Shown here piece by piece: positions 27,780 through 44,924 of a stretch of 64,000 nt of DNA. The stretch is from Eledone cirrhosa (taxonomy: Eukaryota): assembly GCA_964016885.1 (NCBI GenBank), contig OZ024742.1, forward strand, positions 249,550,001 through 249,614,000, read 5' to 3'. A program made the translations under genes and the position numbers. Position 1 is the first letter of the stretch. The number at the start of each line of letters is the position of its first letter. Under the pieces are notes generated by a model. That model did no database searches, was not told the DNA's origin, and worked only from the letters and a program-made list of their open reading frames with translations.

Positions 27780-29035
27780 TATTTCTTTATTTACCATAAA
27801 GGCATAAAAAGAAGGGACAAATACAAAGGGGGAGTTTACATAACATCGAGTAAAAAGGGTATAAAATGAAAATAATCGAAAACAACCTCAAAAGGGAGGG
27901 GACGTGATGGGGGTTGCACACACCCCCGAAAAAGTGTGCAATCCTTTGCCCGGGGAACACATGGAGAAGGTGCTCCCCTCTCCTTCACTTCTTTACCTAC
28001 AGGATGGTATACAGAGAAGGCCCATTTACACGAGCCATTCTCGCCACTATCACCCACCTTTCATAAAACTGCCTGTGGCCAAGCACCTCTCTCTCCATGC
28101 TTATCCTTCTTCCGAAGTGATATCGGATGAAGTAGACCAAATTATGGCCAGAGAGGAAGTTGCCTGACCTCAGACCTTTCAATCGTGTCCACCAAACAAC
28201 CTCTTTCAACATGGCTATTACGCACAGAAAAACCGCCTTTGCTTCCTTTGTGAAGAGGGGAGGCGGCTGGATTGTCATCACGGACTCGGCGGTCAATCGA
28301 ATCAGCGCCACCCGCGATAGCAGTCGTTCGGCGTAGCCCCACAGATCATCCACGCCCGGACATGCACCAATGCGTGCGCAACGGTTTCTTCGTGACGCAC
28401 GCATCTAGGGCAAATCTTTTTCGAGGGATCCCTGCCCGGGCGCCCGTGTCTGTAGAGCCTCTCTCGAACGGGTAGAGCCCCCCGGTAGCACTGCCAGGCT
28501 AGTGACTTCTGGAAGTTGTCCATTGGTCCCGGGCCGAAAGTCCTACCGAACAGGCTGGCCAGTTCGTCCTCTTCCATGTCCAGCGACTCTCCAAGGGTGT
28601 CATCGCCCCTGCTAGTCACCAGCCCTCTATAGAATGATGAGGTGGATTCTCCACCGATGGCCTGGCCCGCTTGCCAGAGAGCTCTGAGCGCCTGGGCACA
28701 CTCAGTGTGCCAGTCTCCCAGTTTTCCGGATATTTTCTTGACCCAGGAGTGCAGCTCGGTGAGCGAGACGAGTCTCGGAAAGGCTCGTTTCACGAACGGA
28801 GCCCACATCGGTTGACCAGTGAGGAATACCTGTAGGTGCCGTAGCCTTAATGCGTGCCTACGCATCATCAACCACGGCATTCCCAGCCCTCCTTTCGAAG
28901 GTTGTTGGCAGCAGATGGATCTTCTCACCATAGGAGGGCGCTTCTTCCAAAGAAATTGGAAGAGCATGCGTTCCATGGTGGTGAGTGTTTCCTTAGGGCA
29001 AGGCACGACAGTCAGGCGGTAGTAAGTGACGGACG
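27780..29035 (-). mobile_element. Tx1/L1-clade LINE 3' fragment (copy 1)
   Basis: YYRLTVVPCP..LFQFLW..KGGLGMP; W...RGALPV..RL; CPRC..EETVAHAL zinc knuckle; AATAAA near 3' end. Confidence 0.85.
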
Positions 29036-29050
29036 CTACAGTAATAGATA

Positions 29051-29837
29051 TATTTCTTTATTAGCCACAGGGGCACAAAAGAAGGGGACAAATACAAAGG
29101 GGGAAGTTTACATACAATAAAAACGTGTAAAATGTTATCACAGATGGAATTTAAAAGTTAGTCGATTTTCCCCAATAGAGGGAAACAGTTTATATGGGTA
29201 ACACATACCCCCGAAAAAAAATGTGCAACCCTCATCTCCAGGAGTACGAAGAGTTTGTACTCCTTTCCTCTCCTCCTCCTTTTCCTCAACCTACAGGCTG
29301 ATATAGAGAGAAGGCCCATTCACTCGGGCCATTCTCGCCACTTTCACCCACCTTTCATAAAACTTGCTGGGGTACAGCACCTCTCTCTCCATCCTGATTC
29401 TTCTTCCAAAGTGGTATTTGAAAAAAAGAATCAGTTGTTGGCCGGAGAGAAAGGTGTCTGACCTCAGCCCTTTCAACCTTGTCCACCATACAACCTCTTT
29501 CGCCATAGCTATCACACAAAGGAAAACCGCCTCTCCTTCGTTTTTGAAGGAGGGTGGCGGTTTGATCATGACAATGGACTCGGTGGTCAACTGGATTGGT
29601 CCCACCCGCGACAATAGTCGTTCTACATAGCCCCACAGGTCAGTGACGCCCGGGCAGTGTATGAATGCGTGCGCGACGGTTTCTTCGTCTCGCACGCACC
29701 TCGGACAGATCTTTTTTGCAGGGTCCCTGCCCGGGCGCCCATGTCTGTAGAGCTTGTCTCGAACTGGTAGAGCTCCTCGGTAGCACTGCCAGGCCAGGGA
29801 CTTTTGGAAGTTGTCCATCGGTCCCGGGCGGAAGGTC
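29051..29837 (-). mobile_element. Tx1/L1-clade LINE 3' fragment (copy 2, diverged subfamily) with 15-bp TSD
   Basis: CPRCVRDEETVAHAFIHC; ctacagtaatagata at 29036-29050 and 29838-29852. Confidence 0.85.
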
Positions 29838-29845
29838 CTACAGTA

Positions 29846-29898
<53 letters not shown>

Positions 29899-30090
29899 GA
29901 GATAGATACACATACACACACAAATATAGAGATAGATAGATAGATAGATATAAAGAGATAGAGGGTGACAGCCAGACAAAAAAAAAGAGGGAGAGGTCCA
30001 GGGGGATAAAGAGAGAAAGATAATTTTGGGTAGATTCAGGGTAGATTCACGATGTGTATCGAGAAGTGAAATGATCAAAATCAAAAGAGA

Positions 30091-30189
30091 ATTCAACAGG
30101 ACTAGAACTGTTTCATTCGTATGAAATCATCAAGGATATGACTTTCCTGGTGATTTCAAACGAATGAAACAGATCTCATCCTGTAAAAG
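30091..30189. ncRNA. Back-to-back pair of decayed hammerheads (family J)
   Basis: Minus: TTGATGA-tttcatacgaat-GAAA-cag..ctg-TT-gaat; plus: CTGGTGA-tttcaaacgaat-GAAA-cag..ctg-TA; homologue at ~55570-55612. Confidence 0.6.
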
Positions 30190-30229
30190 TCATTTCCATA
30201 TTATATATATATATATATGAGTGTGTGTT

Positions 30230-30265
<36 letters not shown>

Positions 30266-30276
30266 TGTGTGGTTGC

Positions 30277-30315
<39 letters not shown>

Positions 30316-30629
30316 TGAGTGTGTGTGTATGTGTGTGTGTGTATGTGTGTGTGTGTGTGTGAGAGAGAGAGTGAGTGTATGTGTATGTGTGTGTGTATCT
30401 GTGTGTGTGTCTAATATATGCACTGATGCACTGAGAAACCATATTTATAAATTCAGCCATATTGTAATTTATTTTGTTGGTTTTCCATTGTTATTGTTGC
30501 TCCGGTTGTTTGCTCTCTGAAACGTTTCTTTTTTTTTCATTTCATTTATATTTTTCTTTCTTTAGAAAGAAAAGCAAATGAAAGGTTTCTTTTTTCCTTT
30601 CAGTTTTCAATGACATTGCAAATTTCAAT

Positions 30630-32504
30630 ACCAGTACCAGCAGCAGCAACAACCATAACTTCAACAATGACAACAACCACGACGCCAACGTAAACAACAC
30701 CTACAAAGGTGACACTACTACTAGCACTCCTTACACCACTACCACCACGACCCAGAAAATAGTAATAAAAACAACAACAACAACACGATATTTAACATTA
30801 AAACCAACAGTAAAACAACACCACCAGCAATAAGACCACTATCACGGCCAATAAGAACAACAAACACCAACACCAACACAACAAACACCACTATCACCAC
30901 CAACAACAACATCGCCACTAACAGCAAAACGACCACCACCAACAGCGACACCATGAACACCACTACCACCAACAATAGCAAACACCACCATCATAACTAC
31001 CAACAGGACACACCATCACCAATACAATCAACACTACCACCGACAACACCAACACCATCCACACCACCACTACCAAACTACCAACAACACAAGCACCAAC
31101 AACACAAGCACCAACAACATGACCATCAACACATCTACTACCACTAACCCCAACACCACCACCACCACCACCACCACCACCACCACCACCACCACCAATA
31201 AAAACATCAAACACCACCACCAAAACCACCAACAGGACAACCACCACCGAACCATTAACACCACAACTACCGACAACACCAACACCATCAACACCACCAC
31301 CATTACCACTACCACCAATATCAACATCAAACACCACCACCAAAACTGCCAATAACACAACCACCAACAACACCATCAACACCACCACCATCACCACCAT
31401 CACCATCAACACCACAACATCAACACCACAACGACCAACAAAAACAACAAACACCACCATCAAAACTGCCAACAACACAACCACCAAAAACACCATCAAC
31501 ACCTCTACTACCACCAACACCAACACCATCAACACCTCTACTACCACCAATACTAATACCATCAACACCTCTACTACCACCAATACTAATACCATCAACA
31601 CCTCTACAACCACCAATACAAATACCATCAACACCTCTACTACCACCAATACCAACACCATCAACACCTCTACTACCACCAATACTAATACCATCAACAC
31701 CTCTACTACCACCAATACTAATACCATCAACACCTCTACTACCACCAATACTAATACCATCAACACCTCTACTACCACCAACACCAATACCATCAACACC
31801 TCTACTACCACCAATACCAACACCATCAACACCTCTACTACCACCAATACCAATACCATCAACACCTCTACTACCACCAATACTAATACCATCAACACCT
31901 CTACTACCACCAATACTAATACCATCAACACCTCTACTACCACCAACACCAATACCATCAACACCTCTACTACCACCAATACTAATACCATCAACACCTC
32001 TACTACCACCAATACCAATACCATCAACACCTCTACTACCACCAATACTAATACCATCAACACTTCTACTACCACCAACACCAACACCATCAACACCTCT
32101 ACTACCACAAATACCAATACAATCAACACCACAACCACCGACAACATCAACACCATCAACACAACCATCACCACCAACAATACCATCAACACCTCTACCA
32201 CGAACAACACCAACGCTATCAACACCACCACCACCACCACCACCACCACCACCACCACCACCACCACCCTCATCATCAAAAGGTGATGAAAAGAACAACA
32301 AAAAAAAACACAACCACGAACAACACCAACAACCCAAGCACCACCAACAACACAACTAGCAACAACACAAACAAAAACACCACCAACAAAACTACCAACA
32401 CAAGCACCAACAACACCATCAACACCACCAACAACAGAACCGCCTCTAACACCACTACCACCAACATCAAAAACACCACCACCAGCAGCAGCAGCAGCAG
32501 CAGC

Positions 32505-32565
<61 letters not shown>

Positions 32566-32620
32566 CCATCAAAACCACCAACACAAGCACCACCACCACC
32601 AGCAACAACATCAACAACAA
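30630..32620. repeat. ACC/AAC low-complexity region with a 33-bp minisatellite (~31490-32110)
   Basis: Unit aacacctctactaccaccaatactaataccatc, ~19 copies. Confidence 0.9.
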
Positions 32621-32624
32621 CAAA

Positions 32625-33250
32625 AACACTCATCCTACACCCTCTCACTGTCACTCTCCCACCTTCCCTCACACATTCACTTACTATTTCACCCTCTCAC
32701 TGTCACCATCACTCCATCAGATATCATACACTCTCCCACCTTCCCTCACACATTCACTTACTATTTCACCCTCTCACTGTTACTCTCACTCCATCGGATA
32801 TCATACACTCTCCTCTCCCACCTTCCCTCCCACATTCACTCATTCTACACCCTCTCACTTTCACTCTCACTCCATCGGATATCATACACTCTCCTCTCCC
32901 ACCTTCCCTCCCACATTCACTCATTCTACACTCTCTCACTGTCACTCTCACTCCATCAGATATCTTACACTCTCCCACCTTCACTCCCACATTCACTCAT
33001 TCTACACTCTGTCTCTTTCCCTCTTACTCCATCAGATATCTTACACTCTCCCACCTTCACTCCCACGTTCACTCATTCTACACTCTCTAACTTTCCCTCT
33101 CACTCCCTCAGATATCTTACAATCTCTCACCATCACTCACACATTCACTCACTATTTCACCCTCTCACTTTCTCTCTCACTCCATCAGATATCTTACACT
33201 CTCCCACATTCACTCATTCTACACCCTTTCACTTTCCCTCTAATTCCCAC
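32625..33250. repeat. Degenerate pyrimidine-rich ~70-78-bp tandem repeat
   Basis: actccatcagatatc(a/t)tacactctccca recurs about 7 times. Confidence 0.8.
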
Positions 33251-33933
33251 TCCCTTCTTCAACACCCACTCTCTCTTCCTCCACCTCACTCTCGCTTGTT
33301 ATACTCGTTCTCCTTTTTTTATCTCCCACCGGCTCTCCTACACTCACTCCCACCATAACCCACACACTTATGGCTCTCACCTCTCTCTCTCCCTCCCCAC
33401 TCTCCCGCTCTCCCAATTCCCCCCTACCTCTCCCTCCCTATTAAACTTTCCTCCTACCCTCGTCCCCAACTCTCCCCCTTTTTCTTCTCTTTCCCGCTCT
33501 CAATTACAAGATGTTATCCTCCCTCTCTTTCTACTTCCTCACCCTCTTTCACTTTCTCTTTCCCTATCTCATTTTGTTTCGCTTTCTTTATCCCTCTTTC
33601 ATCCCTTCTCTCCCCCACCCGCGCCCTCACTCATTCCACTTCACCCTCTCTTACTTTTTCTCCTATCCCCATCCGCCTCTGCTACTTTTCCTCCCCATCT
33701 ATCTCTCATTCGTTCTCACCCTCTCTATCATTAACACCTCTCTCACACTCTGTTGTGTAACTCTTACCAGCGTCTTATATGCCATCCCTATAGTGAATTA
33801 GCTAACTCCAACCCATCGTATACGCCGATTCAATAGCCAAGCAGCCATCTCACTAGTCAATCTTCCAACCTATCTCTTACCCCCATCATATATCCCGTCC
33901 CTATAAGTCTCTCTGTCATCCCACCAGACACTC

Positions 33934-34032
<99 letters not shown>

Positions 34033-34399
34033 TCCACCTTATATCCTGTCCCTGTAGTAAATCAGTTACCAGCACCCTGACACAATTCTAATCTCTCTTT
34101 CTTACCCCTATCTTATGACCTATCTCAATAGTCGGTAAGTTAAACCCCCGACTCTCAACTAACCTATTTACCCATGCAACTGAAATGGGTCAGGAATGTT
34201 CTAGTAATTAAAACTAGCACATAGCTGTGTAGTTAACAAGTTGCTTTTGCAGCCATGCGCGACTTGGCTTCGATCCCACTGCACGGCAGGCGGTTCTCTG
34301 GGCTAGTCAAATATGTTCTACCATACAACTCGGAATCATCGACCACTAAAACTGTTTCGGAGAAAAGTTCAGTTGACAGAAACCTAACCATTCAGCTGA

Positions 34400-34442
<43 letters not shown>

Positions 34443-34589
34443 CACACATATTCATATATATATGTGTGTGTGTGTGTGTGTACATATATATGTGTGTGTG
34501 TGTGTATATATATATGTGTGTATATATATATATATATGTGTGTATATATTTATATATATATATATATATATATGTGTGTATATATTTAT

Positions 34590-35368
34590 ATGCAGTGGGA
34601 ATACGAAGAAAGCAAGAACGGGGAAGGGAAGTTTTCCTCATCAGTTGTCTACTGGGCGTCTCGGATATTTCTACGCTTTAATGACAAGATACCACTTCAC
34701 CCCAGGGCGTCAATAACTGGTTAAGTTATTGGAAAAACGAAAGAAGGAGGGAAGGAAAGCAAAGGGGAAGAAAAGAGAAACAGTAACAAAACAGCAAAAA
34801 AAACCCCAACCCGAGCAATGTGCGAGCAACTATATGTAGGAAATCCAAGACCACTCGATGATAGAACTTAAGTTCGAGACCGAGTAATCGAGAGAAAAGA
34901 CACACGTCCGATCGCCGCAGTTGTAAGGGAGAAGAGAACTACTAAACGGTCAGACGAGGGGGTGAAAGTGAGAGGGAGAAAGGGAGAGGAAGAAAGTGGG
35001 GAAAGAGTAGATATGGAGAAAGAGAGGGGAAGAAAGAAGGGTGAGAGTTGAAAGTGGCGAAATAGGTAGGTAGAAGGGGAGAGAAGAATGGTCACAGCGA
35101 AAAACATGATGAAATATATTTAGAATAGAAATGGCTGTGTTGTTGCTATTGAAGGTAACTTAAAATGCAGTGGGAATACGAAGAAAGCAAAAACAAGAGG
35201 GGGGGTCCTCATCAGTTGTCTACTGGGGTCTCGGATATTTCTACGCTTTAAAGACAAGATACCACTTCACCCCAGGGCGTCAATAACGGGATAAGTTATT
35301 GGGGAAACGAAGGAAGGAGGGAAGGAAAGTAAAGGGGAAGAAAAGAGAAAACAGTAACAAAACAGCGA
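34590..35368 (-). mobile_element. Tandem direct pLTR-like repeats (34590-34795, 35165-35368) downstream of a PLE ORF
   Basis: ~200-bp direct repeat atgcagtgggaatacgaag...aacagc, each containing CTGATGA on -. Confidence 0.75.
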
Positions 35369-35399
35369 ACTGTTCAGTAGAAATTGTTTTGGTAAAAAC

Positions 35400-35665
35400 A
35401 GGAGCAAGCAGGAGAAAGCTCTCTACATTCGTAGTTTGTGGCTACGATGGAGTTTCAGTATACGAATAACATTAAGAAAGAAGTTGATATGTTCCTTATC
35501 CATTCTCTTAAAAGTGTGGCAGTAGTTGTACCAGCGTTCCTTTAATTTATTAGACGTAACTCCGATATAGGTGAAGGTTTGGTTATTAGTACTTACTCTA
35601 CATTCATAACCCAAGTTACTGATAAGGCAATTACTGGGGCTTCTACAATTACAATCCATGGAAGT
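35400..35665 (-). pseudogene. Penelope-like GIY-YIG fragment
   Basis: CNCRSPSNCL..YECRV..YIGVTSNKLKERWYNYCHTF. Confidence 0.8.
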
Positions 35666-35994
35666 GTTGCTACCTGGAATAAACGGATCGTGCTGTTTGA
35701 TTCCGTGGTCGCACCCGATCCATAGTGTTATAATCGAAGGATGACATATTTGGGTTGTTTGCTGTTGCCATTAACAGGGTATTGTTATCATTGCTACTAC
35801 AACGGCAAATGTAGGCGATAGGATCGGTGTTGTTGTTGTTGCTGTTGTTGTTGTTGTTGCTGTTGTCTCGAATGTAGCTGTCATGACACTGATTATATCA
35901 GCCTCCCTCAGATTTCCTTTTACTACTTCCATTATCTGTTGAAACTTAGTTACGCATAGACGACTGTTTGGTGCTGGTCCCCACCACGCAGTTG

Positions 35995-36138
35995 AAGGCG
36001 CATGGCTTAGTGGTTAGAGGATTGGGCTTGCAATCGAAAGGTTGTGAGTTCAATTCTCGGACCGGGTGATGTGTTGTTTCTTTGAGCAAGACACTTTATT
36101 TCACGTTGCTCCAGTTTACTCAGCTGTAGAAATGAGAT
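35995..36138 (+). mobile_element. tRNA-derived CORE-like SINE
   Basis: tggcttagtgg A-box, gagttcaattc B-box, gagcaagacactttatttcacgttgctccag core. Confidence 0.8.
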
Positions 36139-36639
36139 CATAGGACTGGGGTCCTTATCATTAAATCACCCAAGACACCTCCAACGAGATATACCTTGGA
36201 GTAGGCCAGCTAAACCTACATAGGTGTGAGCTGTAACACACACACACAAATGCAGTTGAAGGGTTATCCTTTTGGCAATTGACAACGCCAGTTCTGTGGT
36301 GAGTATATGAGACCAGATTCAGTAATCGAAACATAGATAATGCATCGCTCCACAAATTGTAAACACAATGACTGGGAAAAACCCTTTAGGAACTTATATG
36401 TCAGCCGGGCACACGAGCGGAAGAGCATGTTCTTTTTGCCTGCGGCATATCACAAAATCGGATTTTCATCTGAGATACCGTTCTCATATCAACAACAAAC
36501 GCATGAATTACATCTTGGGCTGCATAATAGAACCCTTGAAATAATTATTATGTATAAACCATCAACCAACCAAATTACCTTTCTAAAAAACTACCATGTC
36601 GAGCAACTTTTTTCCACATAAAACAGAAGTAACATTCGA

Positions 36640-36838
36640 ACACCAACCAGATGCGAGAAAAACCACAAACCCTCCATCTCAATTCTACTTTTGAAAAGCA
36701 TAAGAACTGTGAAATCCATTAATGGAAACAAATAAATATACTTAAAAAGACACCAGTTGCATTTTCGATTTCCTCTTTTTCCTTATATTTTCACTCGTGT
36801 AGGGTTTGTCTTTTAAATGAATAAAAAGCCCTTATTTT

Positions 36839-36840
<2 letters not shown>
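36640..36840 (+). mobile_element. Diverged family L repeat
   Basis: ctccatctcaa..ctacttTTGAAAAgcataagaactgtGAAA; homologous to 45950-46100. Confidence 0.75.
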
Positions 36841-36890
<50 letters not shown>

Positions 36891-36969
36891 AAGGAAAAGC
36901 GAAGTAGTTTCAGATGTTCAAGTCCTTTAATTGAATTGCATCAATGTTTACCCTAATATATATATATAC

Positions 36970-37318
36970 AAGAAATTAGCCATCAAGGCGCTTTTGTTTT
37001 GGGATGAAAGCGTCCATGTTTCACTTCCATGTTTGATGGCAGCTACACTCGCCTACTTCAACGTATTCAGAACATAAGTTGGCGAGATCTGACTTTGAGA
37101 AAAATATATACCGGCCTTCAACGCATATCTGTCGTTGTACGTAAAATGAAAGTAAGATTTGCTGGCCTCTGCCATCATGCCACCTATGAAACCACAAGCA
37201 ATCACGAAAAAACAAGGGGCGCAAGCTCTCCTATCACAATGTCATCAAATCCAGCTGAAATTAATGACAGATCCACGTGGAGATAAATTGTTGAGTCCAT
37301 CTCGGCTGGGACCGCCGT

Positions 37319-37350
<32 letters not shown>
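36970..37350 (+). mobile_element. LINE 3' relic with (GAT)n tail
   Basis: FDGSYTRLLQRIQNISW..IY..L..IS..VR....RFAGLC is typical of a post-RT LINE region. Confidence 0.7.
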
Positions 37351-37867
37351 ATATTTGTATGTTTGTATGAATGCATGCTTGCAAACAGGAATGTAATGGC
37401 CAACTGTAAAAATACGTGCCACACAATGAGTGATCAAGTTTTCTCGTTCGCTCGATCTGCTTCGCTCAAGATAAGAGGAAATATAATGCAAATGTTTGTT
37501 AATATTTTATTGTTTTGCTTTATTTCTTCTACTCTCCCCTAGTTTTCATTCTTGTGTTAATAATTTTCCTTGTATTGTATTGACTTTCCCTAAGCAATCA
37601 ATACGACTGTTACTGTATTTTATCGACCTCGAAAGAATCAAAAGCAAAACTGACATCGCCGTAATTTGAAATCTGAACGGCAAAAGCGGGAATAGAATCA
37701 CCCCCACAATGTATTTTGTCGGACGCTCTACTGCTTCTACTCTACTTCGAGACATTGACCTATAATTTAACAGTTGTCACCTCACATAAATTTATTAATT
37801 AGAAACTATCACATGATCAAATAGTCATATCTCTCTCTCTCGCTCTCTTTCTCTGTCTCTCTATCTC

Positions 37868-37955
<88 letters not shown>

Positions 37956-38043
37956 TGTGTGTGTATATAAATATATATATGTATATATATATATATATAT
38001 ATCTATATATATATATATAAAAATATGTGTGTGTGTGTATATA

Positions 38044-38156
<113 letters not shown>

Positions 38157-38599
38157 GAGAGAGAGAGACAGATATATATATATATATATATATATATACA
38201 CGTGTGTGTGGGTGTGTTGTTATGAGTCAATAATTCTCAATAACACGGTTGTCGAAAGGTATATGTCCTTTAGAGAAATATTAACGAAATTCTAACCTGT
38301 AATATCGCCGAACACATGCAGTGTTTACTAGAATTTCTGAAATAAACCGCCACCGCCACTCGTCTCATATTACAGCACAATGTTACAGACATCCATACAC
38401 ATACAAACATATATATTGGTATATATTTAGTTGAAGTGCTCTCACACTGACACACATACACACAAAATTGTTTGTGGGTATTTCTGTGTGTATATGTGTG
38501 TATGTAATTCGGGGCGAATTGAAGGTGGAACCTCATCATGGTCACAGTGTGCAACTAAAATTAACAGCCTTGACAGTATATATATATATATATATATAT

Positions 38600-38775
38600 A
38601 TAGGAACGAGTAGGACCCCGACGACTGAGCTCAAGCCGTTCCGAAGGCTAATTCTGTCCAGAATTAGCCGTCGAAACGGCTTGAGCTCAGCCGTCGGGAT
38701 CCTACTCGTTCCTATTACCCACTCTACTACTCTAAGTTATGGTCCATCTGTTTCCTTACCACATTTCCTTCGTTA
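38600..38775. mobile_element. Fold-back family P copy
   Basis: Palindrome centred ~38657; GAAA-cggcttgagctcagccg-TC-ggg; (TA)n on both sides. Confidence 0.75.
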
Positions 38776-39126
38776 TATATATATATATATATATATATAA
38801 GAACAGCAGTGGGATTCCGTCGGTTACGTTGACGAGTATCCCCGTTGATGCGACCAACCGGAAAGCCTGCTTGTGAAATCAACGTGTAAGTGACAGAGCA
38901 TTTCACAATCATGCGCTTCTTTAACATAGTTTTCAGGGAGATTCAGCGTGATACTGAATGTGACAAGAATGGCGTTTTGAATTTCACGTACACCTCCTTT
39001 TTGGCAGCTGACAGGAATGGAGAAACGTGAAATAATATGTTTTGTATCGCCGGTAATCGAACTCACAAACTTATGATACCCTAACTACAAAGCCACACGC
39101 CTACACACATATATACACACGTACAC

Positions 39127-40292
<1,166 letters not shown>

Positions 40293-40349
40293 ACACACGC
40301 ACACACACACACACACGCACCCCCCCCCCCCCCCCCCACACACACACAT

Positions 40350-40392
<43 letters not shown>

Positions 40393-40572
40393 CATATATA
40401 TATTTATAAATATACATATACATACACACTGAATACAGCAAAGCATGCATTTGACGTTCTTTATTTACATATAGTTATTATAACGTAGTATATATTACAT
40501 TGCATTTTCCAGCTTAATAGAGCATTGCGAAAGGTGACATTTTATGATGAATTTCTTGATACAATTTGTCCT

Positions 40573-40610
<38 letters not shown>

Positions 40611-41367
40611 CAAAATGTTAAGAAATGAAAAATATTCTCATAATCAAAACATATATTTTATTATACATATTTCAAAGGTACAATGGTGTTTAAGTACGTT
40701 TTCATCAGACAAAATATAAGATTTGATATGTGACATACCGCTACGGTTTTGATTATTCAATTCCAGTATTGGCAATACTGGAATTAAATATATATATATA
40801 TATATTCCTCTTTCTCTGTATCTTTACCCTCTCTAGCAGTCACTCTCTCTGTTAGTCTCTTCCTCACCCTTCACTCACTCATTCTCTGTTACTACCTCTC
40901 TTCCTCACCCTTCTTCCTGTTTGACCTGTGCGTAATTCTTTTCTTTCGCACGCTTGGCCAGGCCGGTCGGCATTTTTTCTCTCTCTCGTCTACGATTTCA
41001 CAGAACTTATGTTTACCGAATTCACAGACTAGACCCCTTCTTCCTCCCGTTAGACCTGGGCGAAATTCCTTCCTTGCTCACATTTCAACCAAGTTTGATG
41101 GTCTTTATTCTCTCTCGTTCACGATTTCACTGAATTTAAATTCATAGAAATTTGGGACTTGACTCCTTCTTTCTCATTTTTCGTTGCTTCACCATTTTTG
41201 TTTGTTTACACTCGTGTCCCCTTTATTTACGTGTCCCAACGTTGCTCGCACCAACCGGAGGTATATGGTCTTTAAAGCGGTAAAATACCAATGATGGTTG
41301 GAAGATCACTGATGAAGGACTAACTTTATTCATATGCAACCCATTAGCAACCCCGCAGCACGTTTAT

Positions 41368-43164
<1,797 letters not shown>

Positions 43165-43321
43165 GTGCATGATTTGAGTGATGCTTAGCTGCTGAACTTG
43201 AGTGGACTTGAACAAATGATCCTAATGTCGTGAGTTCAATTATTGATCCACGCAGCTTGTATTCTTTAGCAAAATATCTTATTTCGTCCTACTCCTTCTG
43301 TCCGTATTTGAGCAATGGAAA

Positions 43322-43912
43322 TCACGTGATGTGTATGTGTCTGAATATGACGTGATGTGTATGTGTGTGCATATGACGTGGTGTGTATGTGTGTGCATAT
43401 GATGTGGTGTGTATGTGTGTGCATATGACGTGGTGTGTATGCGTGTGCACATGACATGGTGTGTATTTCTGTGTATACGGCGTGGTGTGTATGTGTGTGC
43501 ATATAACGTAGTGTGTATGTATGTGCATATGACGTGGTGTGTATGTGTGTGCATATGACGTGATGTCTATTTCTGTGTATATGATGTGGTGTGTATGTGT
43601 GTGCATATGACGTGGTGTGTATGCGTGTGCACATGACATGGTGTGTATTTCTGTGTATATGACGTGGTGTGTATGTGTGTGCATATGACGTGGTGTGTAT
43701 GTGTGTGCATATGACGTGATGTGTATGTGTGTGCATATGATATGGTGTGTATGTGTGTGCATATGACGTGATGTGTATGTGTGTGCATATGACGTGATGT
43801 AAATGTGTGTGCATATGACGTGGTGTGTACGTGTTGCATATGATATGGAGTGTATGTGTGTGCATATGACGTGGTGTGTATGTGTGTGCATATGATATGG
43901 TGTGTATGTGAA
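43322..43912. repeat. 26-bp minisatellite
   Basis: atatgacgtggtgtgtatgtgtgtgc, ~22 copies. Confidence 0.92.
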
Positions 43913-44139
43913 TTTACATGTGGAAGTGAAAGTAATGAAGAGCCAGTCGGAAATTGTGCTTAATTCACTGCAATTACCGAGACCGGAAGTGGTGAATCCC
44001 CTCGATACAGGCTGGCTAATATATGACGTCAGTTAAAATAACTACAAAAATAGAACAAACTAAAGACAGGGTGTATAATAAATTACTATAGATAAATATA
44101 CACATATACTAATGAACACACACACACACATATATATGG

Positions 44140-44298
<159 letters not shown>

Positions 44299-44558
44299 GC
44301 TGCGGGTCATTAGGCAAAGGTGGGTGTCAAATGTCACTCTGACGCAATGGCAGAATCTCAATTATATAGGATATATATATATATATGTGTGTGTGCGCGT
44401 GCGTGTCGGTGTGTGTGGGAGTGTGTGTGTGTGGGGGGGGGGGTATGTGCGCGTGTGGGGGGGGGGATGTAAAAGGTAAACAGCAGAAATAACATCACAA
44501 TCGGTACAATATATGGAAGGAATATATTATATTAACGCTTGAAATAGCAGAAAAAGGG

Positions 44559-44594
44559 TCTTAACGTTTCCGACGCTAGCCCTTCATCAGAAGA
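44559..44594 (-). ncRNA. Minimal type I hammerhead
   Basis: tctt-CTGATGA-agggctagcgtcg-GAAA-cg-TT-aaga; stem II imperfect. Confidence 0.65.
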
Positions 44595-44691
44595 GAGAAT
44601 GAGAAATTAGATAAACTGAAGGGACGGGCGAGGAGTAATTGGAAAAAAATGTCTTCAGATAAAAATAACAGGTCCATTCATATTGCCATCT

Positions 44692-44758
<67 letters not shown>

Positions 44759-44886
44759 GTGAGGTTTTTTTTACAAAATGAAAAATAACCGAGGTGTCCT
44801 ACACTAGTGAAAGTATAAAGAAAAAAGATGAAATCGAAAATGCAACTGGAGTCTTATTTTTTTTAAATATATATATATATTTGGTT

Positions 44887-44924
44887 CCTTTACCGGTTTC
44901 GCAGTTCTTCTGCTTTTCAAAAGT
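44887..44924 (-). ncRNA. Hammerhead with U3-A8 core (TTGAAAA)
   Basis: ctt-TTGAAAA-gcag aagaa ctgc-GAAA-ccgg-TA-aagg. Confidence 0.7.

Noticed and set aside
30963-33734. Long ORFs (569, 311 and 483 aa) and a mucin-like NTSTTTNTNTI repeat
   Set aside because: Products of the 33-bp minisatellite and low-complexity DNA that are open on both strands; no signal peptide, splice or codon evidence
41305-41370. CTGATGA-agg motif after a pLTR-like segment (similar weak cases at ~5415-5500, 4485, 52700, 57670)
   Set aside because: GAAA or stem I pairing is missing; cannot support as ribozymes
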